DNA of 48,155 nucleotides from a candidate division FCPU426 bacterium (GTDB lineage: Bacteria > Oederibacteriota > JAJYGY01 > DAIDJD01): positions 1 to 48,155 of the forward strand of contig JANLXT010000131.1 in NCBI GenBank assembly GCA_031365225.1, read 5' to 3'. The position numbers and the translations under genes were made by a program. Under the pieces are notes generated by a model, which did not search any database, was not told the origin of the DNA, and saw only the letters and a list, made by a program, of their open reading frames with translations. This document shows, piece by piece, positions 9,633 to 17,780 of this stretch (position 1 is its first letter; every line of letters starts with the position of its first letter).

Positions 9633-10660
9633 TGCGGCTCTGGACTTGGATCCTACTGCTCTCACTCTTGCCGGCTTTGGCGCCAGCCAAGGTGCATTTT
9701 ATCAACAAGGGCGTACGCTATCACATCGGCGACAACCGCTTTGGCTTGTCTGAGGATAGCAATTTTATGGACGCTTACCCCGTGGTGGGTGAGCAGTGGG
9801 TGCAAGCTTTCACCGTCAGTGAAGCCGACACGGTCAAGATCCGCATCGCCAATATCTGGGGCGTGGATGATTGCCCGTATTGCAAAGTTTTGGTGCAGAT
9901 CGACGAATACTTGATGGGTCGCTTGTCCGAAGAGAATAACCACAAGGCTTTTGACACGCCCACCCCGCTGGCCTATCGCGTTGAACCCGGCCGCACGTAT
10001 TATCTAAAGGTCACCAGCATCGGCAAAGACGGGTCGGTGGATGACTTTGCCCTTGAAGGTGTCAGCGTCGAGACGGTCTTGGCCGATGTGACCTTTGTTG
10101 GTCCGGTCACTATCCATGAGCCCGATCGCCCCATTCCGACACCCATGCCCACGCCTATGTACGGTCCTTGTCCCGGAGCCGAACCCCGGGGGGCGTGGCT
10201 GCCTGTTGAATCAAAGACCAAGGGGTATGCGGTCTTGAATGGCGCGGGTCAGGGTTCTTTGATCACAGGATCGACACCTTTGGATGTGGGTGGCTATGTC
10301 GATATTCATGTCAAAGTTCAAAACGTGGCTCAAGGCGATCTGGTCGGGCAGGCGCTCGAAATTGGTTTGGGGACTGGCCGAGCGGGTTGGGTCTTTAGTT
10401 TTGGTAGCGAATCCAAGCTACCCTATCACGGCAATCTACGTGGGCCCGGAAGATATCAAGCTTCTGTTTTTGATGCCAAGGGTTGGCGCGACGGCTGGAA
10501 TCTTTTGCGCTTGGCGCGCTGCCCCAGCGGACGGACGATGTTGCTTTTAAATAATCAAAGCCTTCTCGACTTGCCCAACACACCTAACGGTCCGGCGGAT
10601 ATCAGTGTCCGAACTTTAGGCGTGGCAGCTTGGATCGCGGACAGTCCCCAACAAAAATAG
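9632..10660 (+). CDS. Secreted two-domain beta-sandwich protein (lectin/ConA-like C-domain possible), function unknown
   Basis: Signal peptide 'MRLWTWILLLSLLPALAPA'. A Pro-rich linker 'PDRPIPTPMPTPMYGPCPG' separates two beta-rich halves. It is the last gene before the terminator. Confidence 0.65.
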   Translation: MRLWTWILLLSLLPALAPAKVHFINKGVRYHIGDNRFGLSEDSNFMDAYPVVGEQWVQAFTVSEADTVKIRIANIWGVDDCPYCKVLVQIDEYLMGRLSEENNHKAFDTPTPLAYRVEPGRTYYLKVTSIGKDGSVDDFALEGVSVETVLADVTFVGPVTIHEPDRPIPTPMPTPMYGPCPGAEPRGAWLPVESKTKGYAVLNGAGQGSLITGSTPLDVGGYVDIHVKVQNVAQGDLVGQALEIGLGTGRAGWVFSFGSESKLPYHGNLRGPGRYQASVFDAKGWRDGWNLLRLARCPSGRTMLLLNNQSLLDLPNTPNGPADISVRTLGVAAWIADSPQQK

Positions 10661-10672
10661 CGCCCGTTTCTT

Positions 10673-10706
10673 AAAAAAGCCCAGGCCTTAAGGCCTGGGC
10701 TTTTTT
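10673..10706. terminator. Bidirectional Rho-independent terminator between convergent genes
   Basis: AAAAAA-GCCCAGGCC-TTAA-GGCCTGGGC-TTTTTT. This is a perfect 9-bp GC-rich stem with a 4-nt loop, an A-run upstream and a T-run downstream. Confidence 0.85.
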
Positions 10707-10725
10707 AATTGGAGGATTCCGTAGC

Positions 10726-11109
10726 TTACTTGCGCGTTCGAGCCTCTATTTTTTCAAGAAGCCTTCCGCCCTGCCCCGAGCTGAGTGCCAGCCCCACAAG
10801 TACTCCGGCTCCATTGGCGACCGCGTCCATCAGCTCCATCTGTCGAACGCCACCCATTCCTTGCAAAACTTCAAGTGCCGCACCCATCGCGATAAATCCC
10901 AACGCTCGCACTAGGCGCCCGCGTTCGTCGCTCAAGACCTGACCAAACCACGCCATCAACAGAAAGTAAGCGCCCACATGTTCTAGTTTGTCGATATGCG
11001 CGATGGCGGGGGCCTCTGGCAAACGAGCGGTCAGGCTCACCCAAATGATCAAGCCCACGTAGGTCCAGCCCGCGAGCAAGTACCAGCTCAAATAGCGCAA
11101 CGGCCTCAT
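10726..11109 (-). CDS. VanZ-like family membrane protein
   Basis: 127 aa with about 4 hydrophobic segments. The motif 'HIDKLEHVGAYFLLMAWF' is typical of VanZ-like proteins. It has a 4-nt overlap with the upstream gene. Confidence 0.75.
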   Translation of the reverse strand: MRPLRYLSWYLLAGWTYVGLIIWVSLTARLPEAPAIAHIDKLEHVGAYFLLMAWFGQVLSDERGRLVRALGFIAMGAALEVLQGMGGVRQMELMDAVANGAGVLVGLALSSGQGGRLLEKIEARTRK

Positions 11110-12299
11110 AACGCCATTCCCACCGCGTGCCCGCTAGCCCAGGCCCACTGAAAGTTATAGCCACCCAACTCACCCGTCACATCCACGACTTCGCCACAAA
11201 AATAGAGCCCAGGCACATCGCGCGCGCCCAACGTCTTGCTGTCTAGATCACGTGTATCGACGCCCCCGCGCGTCACCTCGGCTTTATGATAGCCGGCGGT
11301 GCCGTGCGGTTTAAGGCTCCACGACTGGACAGCTGCCCCAAAGGCGCGCAGATCCTTGTCCGACAATCTCGAGAAGGGCTCATCCCCCGGCAAAAATAAG
11401 GCCTGCCAACGCTGAGACAAACGCTGGGGCCAACGTTTTTGTAGCCAGTCACCAACATGGTGCAATGGTTTTTCGCGCTTGGTCTGTAGCAGGGACTCGG
11501 TCGCATCTTGGCCAGGCCATAAATTTATAAGCAATGGCTCCCCAGGTCGCCAGTAGAGTGAGGCTTGCAACGCGACGGGGCCGCTGAGCCCCGTGTGGGT
11601 GAACAGCAAAGCTTCTTGAAAGCGTTTCTTGCCTACATGCAAGATCGCGTCCACCGCCAAGCCCTGCAGGCCTTCAAAGCGTTTTTGATCCTGTGTATCA
11701 AAAACAAAGCCATCCAGGGCGGGCGCTGTCTCGACCAAGCGCAAACCAAACTGTTGAGCTATCTGTAGACCCAGATCAGTCGCGCCTAAACTTGGGTACG
11801 AAAGGCCACCCAACGCCACGACCAAGGCGGGCGCTCGATAACGTTCTTTTCCCGCCACGACTTCAAAAATTGCTCCCAGGCGCTCCACTTGTTCAACGGC
11901 AACGCTCAACTTGATGTTGACGGCGCTGACGTCCAGTTCTCGCTCGAGCAGCTCGACCACCTGCATGGCGCTGCCATCACAAAAGAGCTGGCCCAGCGTT
12001 TTTTCGTGATAGGCGATGCCGGCGTCCCGGATCCAGGCTTCGGTGTCTTTGGCGTTGAAGCGCGCCAGGGCCGAACGACAAAATCGGGGATTGGCGGATA
12101 AGTAGTGCCCATCCGCCGCCCCCCGATTAGTAAAATTACAGCGCCCACCACCACTGATGGGGATCTTGCCCCCCACCCGTTTGCCGCTATCCAACAACAA
12201 GACTCGCTTGCCCCGTTTGGCCGCCTGAAAAGCGGCCATGCAACCCGCAGCACCAGCGCCTAGTACGATCGCGTCAAACTCTTCCATGCTGCCTTCCAA
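11106..12299 (-). CDS. HI0933/YhiN (BaiN-like) family NAD(P)/FAD-dependent flavoprotein
   Basis: N-terminus 'FDAIVLGAGAAGCMAAFQAAKRGKRVLLLDSGKRVGGKIPISGGGRCNFTN' is the family hallmark. The C-terminus has 'GEVVDVTGELGGYNFQWAWASG'. Confidence 0.9.
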   Translation of the reverse strand: MEGSMEEFDAIVLGAGAAGCMAAFQAAKRGKRVLLLDSGKRVGGKIPISGGGRCNFTNRGAADGHYLSANPRFCRSALARFNAKDTEAWIRDAGIAYHEKTLGQLFCDGSAMQVVELLERELDVSAVNIKLSVAVEQVERLGAIFEVVAGKERYRAPALVVALGGLSYPSLGATDLGLQIAQQFGLRLVETAPALDGFVFDTQDQKRFEGLQGLAVDAILHVGKKRFQEALLFTHTGLSGPVALQASLYWRPGEPLLINLWPGQDATESLLQTKREKPLHHVGDWLQKRWPQRLSQRWQALFLPGDEPFSRLSDKDLRAFGAAVQSWSLKPHGTAGYHKAEVTRGGVDTRDLDSKTLGARDVPGLYFCGEVVDVTGELGGYNFQWAWASGHAVGMAL

Positions 12300-12313
12300 A
12301 ACCCAAGGCGCCT

Positions 12314-13648
12314 TTATGGCGCTTTAGGCGCTTCTTTGGGGAAAAATTTTGCGTTCACTTTGGCCACGGCCGCAGGCATGACATCTTTAGCTTGGGCGGT
12401 GCCACGGTAGACCTCGTTCATGGCCTGCGCTGGACCCGAGGCTAAAACTTCGCGCCATTTTACCATGTGCGTGCGCGTGTAAATATCAGCGACAGCTCCC
12501 AAGAGGATCTTTTTATTGAGGGGTTTTTGCCCGTCTAAGAACGCGGGCCCTTCCGCCACCTTTTTATTGGCCGGTTGGATCAGACCCGTCGCTGCCAGCT
12601 TGGCCTGCGCTTGAGGGGATGTCATAAATTCAACCAAGGCCCAGGCGTTGTCGGCTTTCACGCCTGTCAAACGTCCTGACATGGCATAACCAGTGCCACC
12701 ACCCTGGACGCGCCGCAAGCCTGTCCCTTGGTGCTTGGGAGGCAACGCAATGTCCCAATCAAAGTTCTTGATCTGACGGAAACTAGGCGATTGCCAGACG
12801 CCTGAATAAAACATGGCCAAGCGCCCTGTTTTAAATAGCTCGGAGCCTGTTTGCACCGTTCCCGCCTGCGATCCAGCGGCAGGATCCTGCATGACTTTGT
12901 AGCGATGGATCAGATCTGCTCTAAACTGTAAACCTTCCATCGATGCGGGGCTATCCAAGGCTACCCGGGTTGGGTTCAGTGGATTGTCTACCTCACCGCC
13001 GCCCGCTGAGTAAATAAAGACATCGGGCATTTCCCAGTCATCTGAATAGCCATAAACCTCGACATTGCCTTTGGCGTCACGCTTAGTAAGTTTTTTGGCC
13101 AAGCTGACAAAGTCATCTGGCCAGGACAGATTTGCGGTTGGAAATGGAACACCCATTTTCTTAAAATAGTCTTTGTTGTAGTAGAGGCACGCCACTGGCG
13201 CCACATCGCGCGGGACTGCCACCAATTTTTTGTCATAGGTGAATTCTTCGATCATCTCGGGATAAAAGTCTTTTAATCCAAGTTGGGGGCTGGCGGCCGC
13301 ACGTTGACTTAAGTCCGCCAAGGCGCCAAAAGCCAGGTACTTGTCGGCGTAGTAACTCGACACCATAAAGACATCGGGTGAGGCTTGCGCCGCCATCATG
13401 ATAGTTAGCTTGTCATCGTAAGGTGTGCCCCCTGCCGAGGCGCGTTGATTTTCGATCGTGATCTCGGGATGCAAAGCCTGAAATTCTTTAGCCACCTGCT
13501 CGAGGATCTTTACTTCTTCGACGTCGCCCCAATACATAAAGGTGAGTTTGTTGGGGTTTTCTTTACGTTGGCATGCGTTCATGCCAAACATGCACAGCAC
13601 CAGACCGATCATGATCCAGGCGCTTTTTTTACTTTGGTTCTGTTTCAC
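12314..13648 (-). CDS. ABC transporter sugar/oligosaccharide substrate-binding lipoprotein (family 1 SBP), with no adjacent permease or ATPase genes
   Basis: The ORF-track start at 13855 runs into the upstream gene. A GTG at 13648 is preceded by SD AAGGAG with a 6-nt spacer. That start gives 'VKQNQSKKSAWIMIGLVLCMFGMNAC', a lipoprotein signal. The body has 'LTFMYWGD..EE', typical of family 1 solute-binding proteins. Confidence 0.8.
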   Translation of the reverse strand: MKQNQSKKSAWIMIGLVLCMFGMNACQRKENPNKLTFMYWGDVEEVKILEQVAKEFQALHPEITIENQRASAGGTPYDDKLTIMMAAQASPDVFMVSSYYADKYLAFGALADLSQRAAASPQLGLKDFYPEMIEEFTYDKKLVAVPRDVAPVACLYYNKDYFKKMGVPFPTANLSWPDDFVSLAKKLTKRDAKGNVEVYGYSDDWEMPDVFIYSAGGGEVDNPLNPTRVALDSPASMEGLQFRADLIHRYKVMQDPAAGSQAGTVQTGSELFKTGRLAMFYSGVWQSPSFRQIKNFDWDIALPPKHQGTGLRRVQGGGTGYAMSGRLTGVKADNAWALVEFMTSPQAQAKLAATGLIQPANKKVAEGPAFLDGQKPLNKKILLGAVADIYTRTHMVKWREVLASGPAQAMNEVYRGTAQAKDVMPAAVAKVNAKFFPKEAPKAP

Positions 13649-13691
13649 TCGGGACTCCTTGGCTTGGGTTAAAAATGCTGTTGAACTAGAC

Positions 13692-15446
13692 CTAAAGTTT
13701 GGACCAACCGACCCCACGGTGCCAGGGCGTCCCAAAACGATCAGGACATTTAAGGTCCCATTCATCGATGCCCTCTCGGACGCTACCAGGTATTTGCCCA
13801 AGGCTCGCCAAGGCTTCTTCGCGCTTGATCGATCCGCGCTCCATGCCTTGTTCAAGCTTTAGGAATTGAGCAAAAGCCTCAAGGCGAGGTGGCAACCCTT
13901 TCATTGGAGGCACGTCGGGCGCTACCGCGCTCGTCTCAACGCTCAACGAGCGCGCGACCTGAGCGCGTTGCTCAAGTGCTTCGTAAAATCGTAACGCGGC
14001 ATTGGCCTCAGATCCGTATTCCACCAATAGATGCGCTTGAGCGAGCTGCCAAGGGTCCTGCGATGGATCCCACAAAAGTGCCGCTTGCACCGCGGGATGC
14101 GCGCCGTCTGGCCAGGCTTGAACAGGCGCCTGACAAAAAACAGCTCCCTCGGCTCCTGTGGCTAGTAGATAGAGCAGATCCAGGCCCAGAGTACGTAAGA
14201 TTGAGTGGGGCGCGTATTGCCGATAGTGCGCGGGCCAAAGGTGATAATCAAACATCAACCCCGGGATCGTAGGCAGGCTCTTGCGCCAATTTTCCCATAG
14301 CCAGCGATACTCGGCTAGGTCTGGCCAGCGTTTAAGCTCGTTGTCGGCGTTCCAAAGATCCGGACGTTTTGCGCCAACCTCGGTCCAACTTTGTCCATAG
14401 GTCCGGCCCCAAGGGGCAAATTGAAACCCAAGGTTTCCTTTGAGTGTCGGAGGGGCCTTGGGAGCCTGCAAGAGATTGGTGTATGCGATAAAATCAAGCC
14501 GAGTCGTCAAACCTGCTTGTTTTAACAGATCAACCGTCTCTTGAATTGTTTTGTGATACCAGTGATTGGCCCCGCGTTGACGACAATCAGCGCATTGACA
14601 GGTGTTGTTGACGCCATCGCCTAGCCACAAGGCCAATCGTTCGGCCTCGGTATGCTTGGCGGCATACTTTGCCACCGTTTGGGCGACTGCTTCACGGCAG
14701 GCAGCCTGCGATAGACAGAGTTGGGTGTTAGCGGGTTGATCTTTAAAAAGGCTTCTTGCTCCGTCCCGAAGAGCCGCAAAACGAGTGGTCGCGGCTGGCA
14801 CGGGCCCTTCGTGTTTTTCCCAACCCTGGGCTTGGGGTAGGTCAAGCACCACAGGCAAAAATCCGTGGCCGCCGCGTTGTAAAATCATGCCGCGCTTGCA
14901 AACCTCGATAGCGGCTAAGCGATCCCACTCTAACGATTTTTCAAGGCTCAGTTCTGGCTCGGCTCGTCTAAAAAATGTCCGCATATCCATAAACTGAAAA
15001 TGGATCACATTGATGCGCAACTTGGCCGCCCAATCCAATGCTTCGACCAATTGTTCAAGTGTGTAACCGCCTTCGACCGACCACCCTCTGGTTTTAAACA
15101 CCGCTTTTTGACGATCCGCGCGCAGTTCTTGCCAGCGTGGCTCCCCCGAGGGTAGCACCATCGCCTTGTCGCCTGGTCGTGGCCACGCAAATCCAAGTTG
15201 CTTTAGCGCGTGATAGACACCGTAGAGACCCGAGCGAGGATTGGAGGCACGCACGATAACTTTGCGCCGATCAGGTTCTAGCTCAAACTCATCGCGTTCA
15301 AGCTCAGCGCATTCCAATGCCAGTTCAGGTTGTTGTGCGGACCGGATGCCAGCCAACGAAAGGTGCCGGCGCCATTCTTGTTGGCAAAATTCAAGCACGT
15401 GCTCTTTTTGGGTGCTAGCGTCTGATGTAGATTTAAGAGATGGCAT
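13692..15446 (-). CDS. Cytoplasmic DUF4838-like / GH20-related TIM-barrel protein (putative glycoside hydrolase)
   Basis: No signal peptide. 'RASNPRSGLYGVYHALKQLGFAWPRPGD' followed by a TIM-barrel-like region and the Cys cluster 'CQCADCRQ'. This recalls DUF4838 proteins as I remember them. The assignment is from memory, not a search. Confidence 0.5.
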   Translation of the reverse strand: MPSLKSTSDASTQKEHVLEFCQQEWRRHLSLAGIRSAQQPELALECAELERDEFELEPDRRKVIVRASNPRSGLYGVYHALKQLGFAWPRPGDKAMVLPSGEPRWQELRADRQKAVFKTRGWSVEGGYTLEQLVEALDWAAKLRINVIHFQFMDMRTFFRRAEPELSLEKSLEWDRLAAIEVCKRGMILQRGGHGFLPVVLDLPQAQGWEKHEGPVPAATTRFAALRDGARSLFKDQPANTQLCLSQAACREAVAQTVAKYAAKHTEAERLALWLGDGVNNTCQCADCRQRGANHWYHKTIQETVDLLKQAGLTTRLDFIAYTNLLQAPKAPPTLKGNLGFQFAPWGRTYGQSWTEVGAKRPDLWNADNELKRWPDLAEYRWLWENWRKSLPTIPGLMFDYHLWPAHYRQYAPHSILRTLGLDLLYLLATGAEGAVFCQAPVQAWPDGAHPAVQAALLWDPSQDPWQLAQAHLLVEYGSEANAALRFYEALEQRAQVARSLSVETSAVAPDVPPMKGLPPRLEAFAQFLKLEQGMERGSIKREEALASLGQIPGSVREGIDEWDLKCPDRFGTPWHRGVGWSKL

Positions 15447-15568
15447 GTCTATATCTTATCGATGCTAAGACAGGTCAAAAAAAATTAAATACTTAAAAAA
15501 GTGATATTGGTCCTTAAATAAGTGACTAAATAATTCTAAAAATCAACCCCTCACAATAAAGTGCCACC

Positions 15569-17644
15569 CTAACGCAAGATAACAAGCCTTCCGACCTGGC
15601 CTGTGACCTGCTTATCGTGCCGACGAACGCTCAAGCGATAAAGATAAACCCCGTTGGCAGCTGTCTGTGCCCAGCCCAAGGGCAGCTCTAGGCTGTTCCA
15701 GCCAGCCAACAGGTTCCGCACTTGGGCTGTGGCCACGCAAGCCATGGCGCTGTCATAAACTCGCAGTTCTACGTCATCCGCTTGGCCTTGCAGCTCAAAG
15801 CGGATGCTATGGGGGTTGGGATTGGGCAGGGGCGCCTGCCCCAGCAGGGCCAGCTCGGGCTCGGCGCTGCGGGCTGGGCCCTCGCCCGGCTGTCCCATCG
15901 CTTGCATCGAGCCGCCCTGGGCCTGGACAACCAGCCTCAGGTCGTCCAGCTCCAGTCCCGTGCCCACGATGCCCGAGACCAGCACCGAGCCCAACTTGCT
16001 CAGGTCAGCCCCAAAGGCGCTCAATGGGATGCTGACGGTCTGTAGGGTCCCGGTCACCGTGAAGTACGCCGTGCTGAGCACGTAGTACTCGGTCGCCGTG
16101 GCCGAGCAGGCGGCGTTGCGGGTCTTAACGCTGACCGCAAAGGTCTCGTTGCCCGCCAACCCCCGCACCCTGAACTGCAGGTGTGTGAAGGCTGTGGCAT
16201 TGAAACAAGCCACCGCGAGGTTTGTATACCAATAACCACCTGCCTTATTTGTCAGAGTCAAGGTGCCGCCTGCGCTCACCGTGTCGCTGGCATACGAGGC
16301 ATCGTCATCCGTGTAAAGGCCCAGGTCATTGTTGTGATTGGTGTTGTACTGGGCCTGGCTGCTGAAGTCATCGATCAAGAGCCCAGTCACTGGTGTCTGC
16401 GCAGGACTGGGGGTCACCGTGCGTGTCATGCTTCGCGTCGGGGTCGGGGTCGCCGTGCGCGTCACGGTTCCACTTGCAGGGCTCGTCATGCTGCGTGTCG
16501 GGGTCGGAGTCACCGTGCGCGTCACAGTCCGAGTGGATGTCACGGTAGCCCCTGGTGTAGCACCACAAGCCAAACCTGTCAGCATGGCGTCAAGCAAGGG
16601 TTGGGTGCCATTGCTCAACTTGTCCCCGTCCAGGCTCCACATAAAGGCGCCGCCCAGGCCGCGCACGTTCACGCCATGGTTCACCTTGGCCTGGATGGAT
16701 TGAGGGTCATCGTAGCTGATAAAACCAGTCGTGGAATCTCTCCGCAAATACGGCGAACTTGCGGAATTGTCCCAGCTGCGGGTCCAACCAATGCCGACCA
16801 GCGGGGCGATGCTCCTATAGTCATCCCCCGCGTTGGTCTCGGGCTTGCAATCCGCTCCAGGGCAAGTGGCGTGAAGGCTCTCGATGCTGTCACTGCGATA
16901 GCCATAAAAGGGCACGCCTAGGTTCAACTGCGAAGCTGGCACGCCACGAGTGCTGATGTAGTAGGTCACCACATAGTTCATGTTCAGCGTCGCCCCGTCC
17001 GGATCGCCCGCAGGCGCGTCCAAGGCCGCGTTATGCCCGGTGTGAGTGCTCCAAGCACCATGAAAGTCATAGGTCATGATATTGAAAAAATCCATCTTAG
17101 CCTTGACCGTGGCAAAGTCGATGTACTGAGCAGCCCAGTTACCGTTGGGAACGGCGGCCGTGATCAACCAGCTAGGAGCAGGGGCAGGCGAACCGACGAA
17201 TTTGGCGCGCAAGTCCGAGATCATCAGGCTGTAGTTGGCCTTGTCCGTGGCAGTGGCCGGGTACTCCCAGTCCACATCCACTCCGTCATAGCCGTTGGTC
17301 TTAAGAAAGCTATAGACCGCGTTGACAAAGGTGCTTCGCCGCGTGCTGTTAGCCATCACCGCCGAAAAATTAGCACTGCCGCCCCCGCCACCTACGCTCA
17401 AGAGCACTTTGACCCCAGCGGCATGGGCGGCGCTGACCATGCCTGCCTCAACAAAGCCGCTGGGGATGACAAGGCTGCCTGTGCTAGCGGGGGTCACAAA
17501 AGCGTGGCAGAGGTGGGTGAGCTTAGCCCAGGGGATGCTGCTAGAGGGATACACAGCTTTATGATCGGTGGTGTAATACGCCAGCACACGCTTACAGGGC
17601 AAGGCCATCGCTTGGCTAACGCCCATAAGGCCCAGGATCGTCAA
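15569..17644 (-). CDS. GH18 chitinase (paralog a): catalytic domain, Thr/Pro linker, ~150-aa CBM-like module, C-terminal sorting-type domain. The true start is probably ATG 17700, across a frameshift
   Basis: Catalytic motif 'DGVDVDWEYP' (DxxDxDxE). The linker contains 'TPTPTRSMT' repeats. The CBM-like module starts 'LLIDDFSSQAQYN'. The CTD is 'APLPNPNP...GVYLYRL...RLVILR*'. The uninterrupted ORF starts at TTG 17644, inside what is clearly signal-peptide coding sequence (see findings). Confidence 0.9.
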   Translation of the reverse strand: MTILGLMGVSQAMALPCKRVLAYYTTDHKAVYPSSSIPWAKLTHLCHAFVTPASTGSLVIPSGFVEAGMVSAAHAAGVKVLLSVGGGGGSANFSAVMANSTRRSTFVNAVYSFLKTNGYDGVDVDWEYPATATDKANYSLMISDLRAKFVGSPAPAPSWLITAAVPNGNWAAQYIDFATVKAKMDFFNIMTYDFHGAWSTHTGHNAALDAPAGDPDGATLNMNYVVTYYISTRGVPASQLNLGVPFYGYRSDSIESLHATCPGADCKPETNAGDDYRSIAPLVGIGWTRSWDNSASSPYLRRDSTTGFISYDDPQSIQAKVNHGVNVRGLGGAFMWSLDGDKLSNGTQPLLDAMLTGLACGATPGATVTSTRTVTRTVTPTPTRSMTSPASGTVTRTATPTPTRSMTRTVTPSPAQTPVTGLLIDDFSSQAQYNTNHNNDLGLYTDDDASYASDTVSAGGTLTLTNKAGGYWYTNLAVACFNATAFTHLQFRVRGLAGNETFAVSVKTRNAACSATATEYYVLSTAYFTVTGTLQTVSIPLSAFGADLSKLGSVLVSGIVGTGLELDDLRLVVQAQGGSMQAMGQPGEGPARSAEPELALLGQAPLPNPNPHSIRFELQGQADDVELRVYDSAMACVATAQVRNLLAGWNSLELPLGWAQTAANGVYLYRLSVRRHDKQVTGQVGRLVILR

Positions 17645-17780
17645 GGCTATCTGAAGGCGCTTGATTTTTTTGACGTGAGGATCAGATCGCAGGTGAGCAT
17701 GGGGCTATTGTATCTGGCGTCCTGATCGGCCACACACGAAAGATTAGGACAAAAATGATATCTTGCCTGTCTGAGTTGAC

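Noticed and set aside
9565-9753. 62-aa ORF from the track that overlaps the lipoprotein gene and the 9632 gene in another frame.
   Set aside because: It is out of frame with two better-supported, translationally coupled genes and has no SD or signal features.
15447-15568. TTGACC at ~15472-15477 as the -35 of the DUF4838-like gene promoter, and a Bacteroidota-style TAnnTTTG element (for example TATTTTTG at 1777-1784).
   Set aside because: The spacing from TTGACC to the best -10 (TAAGAT) is only 14 nt. The TAnnTTTG matches are isolated, and the genome's strong SD usage argues against Bacteroidota-type expression signals. I am keeping these only as notes.
17033-17725. 230-267-aa antisense ORFs inside both GH18 genes (also 29629-30432 and 16181-16921), and similar ones opposite trpS (36931-37662), livJ (46067-46624), the AraC gene (31054-31707) and 7481-9445 (8792-9340).
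   Set aside because: Their Arg/Gly/His-rich composition is typical of off-frame GC-rich DNA. Their apparent 'conservation' between the two GH18 paralogs is explained by conservation of the sense strand. They have no start context.
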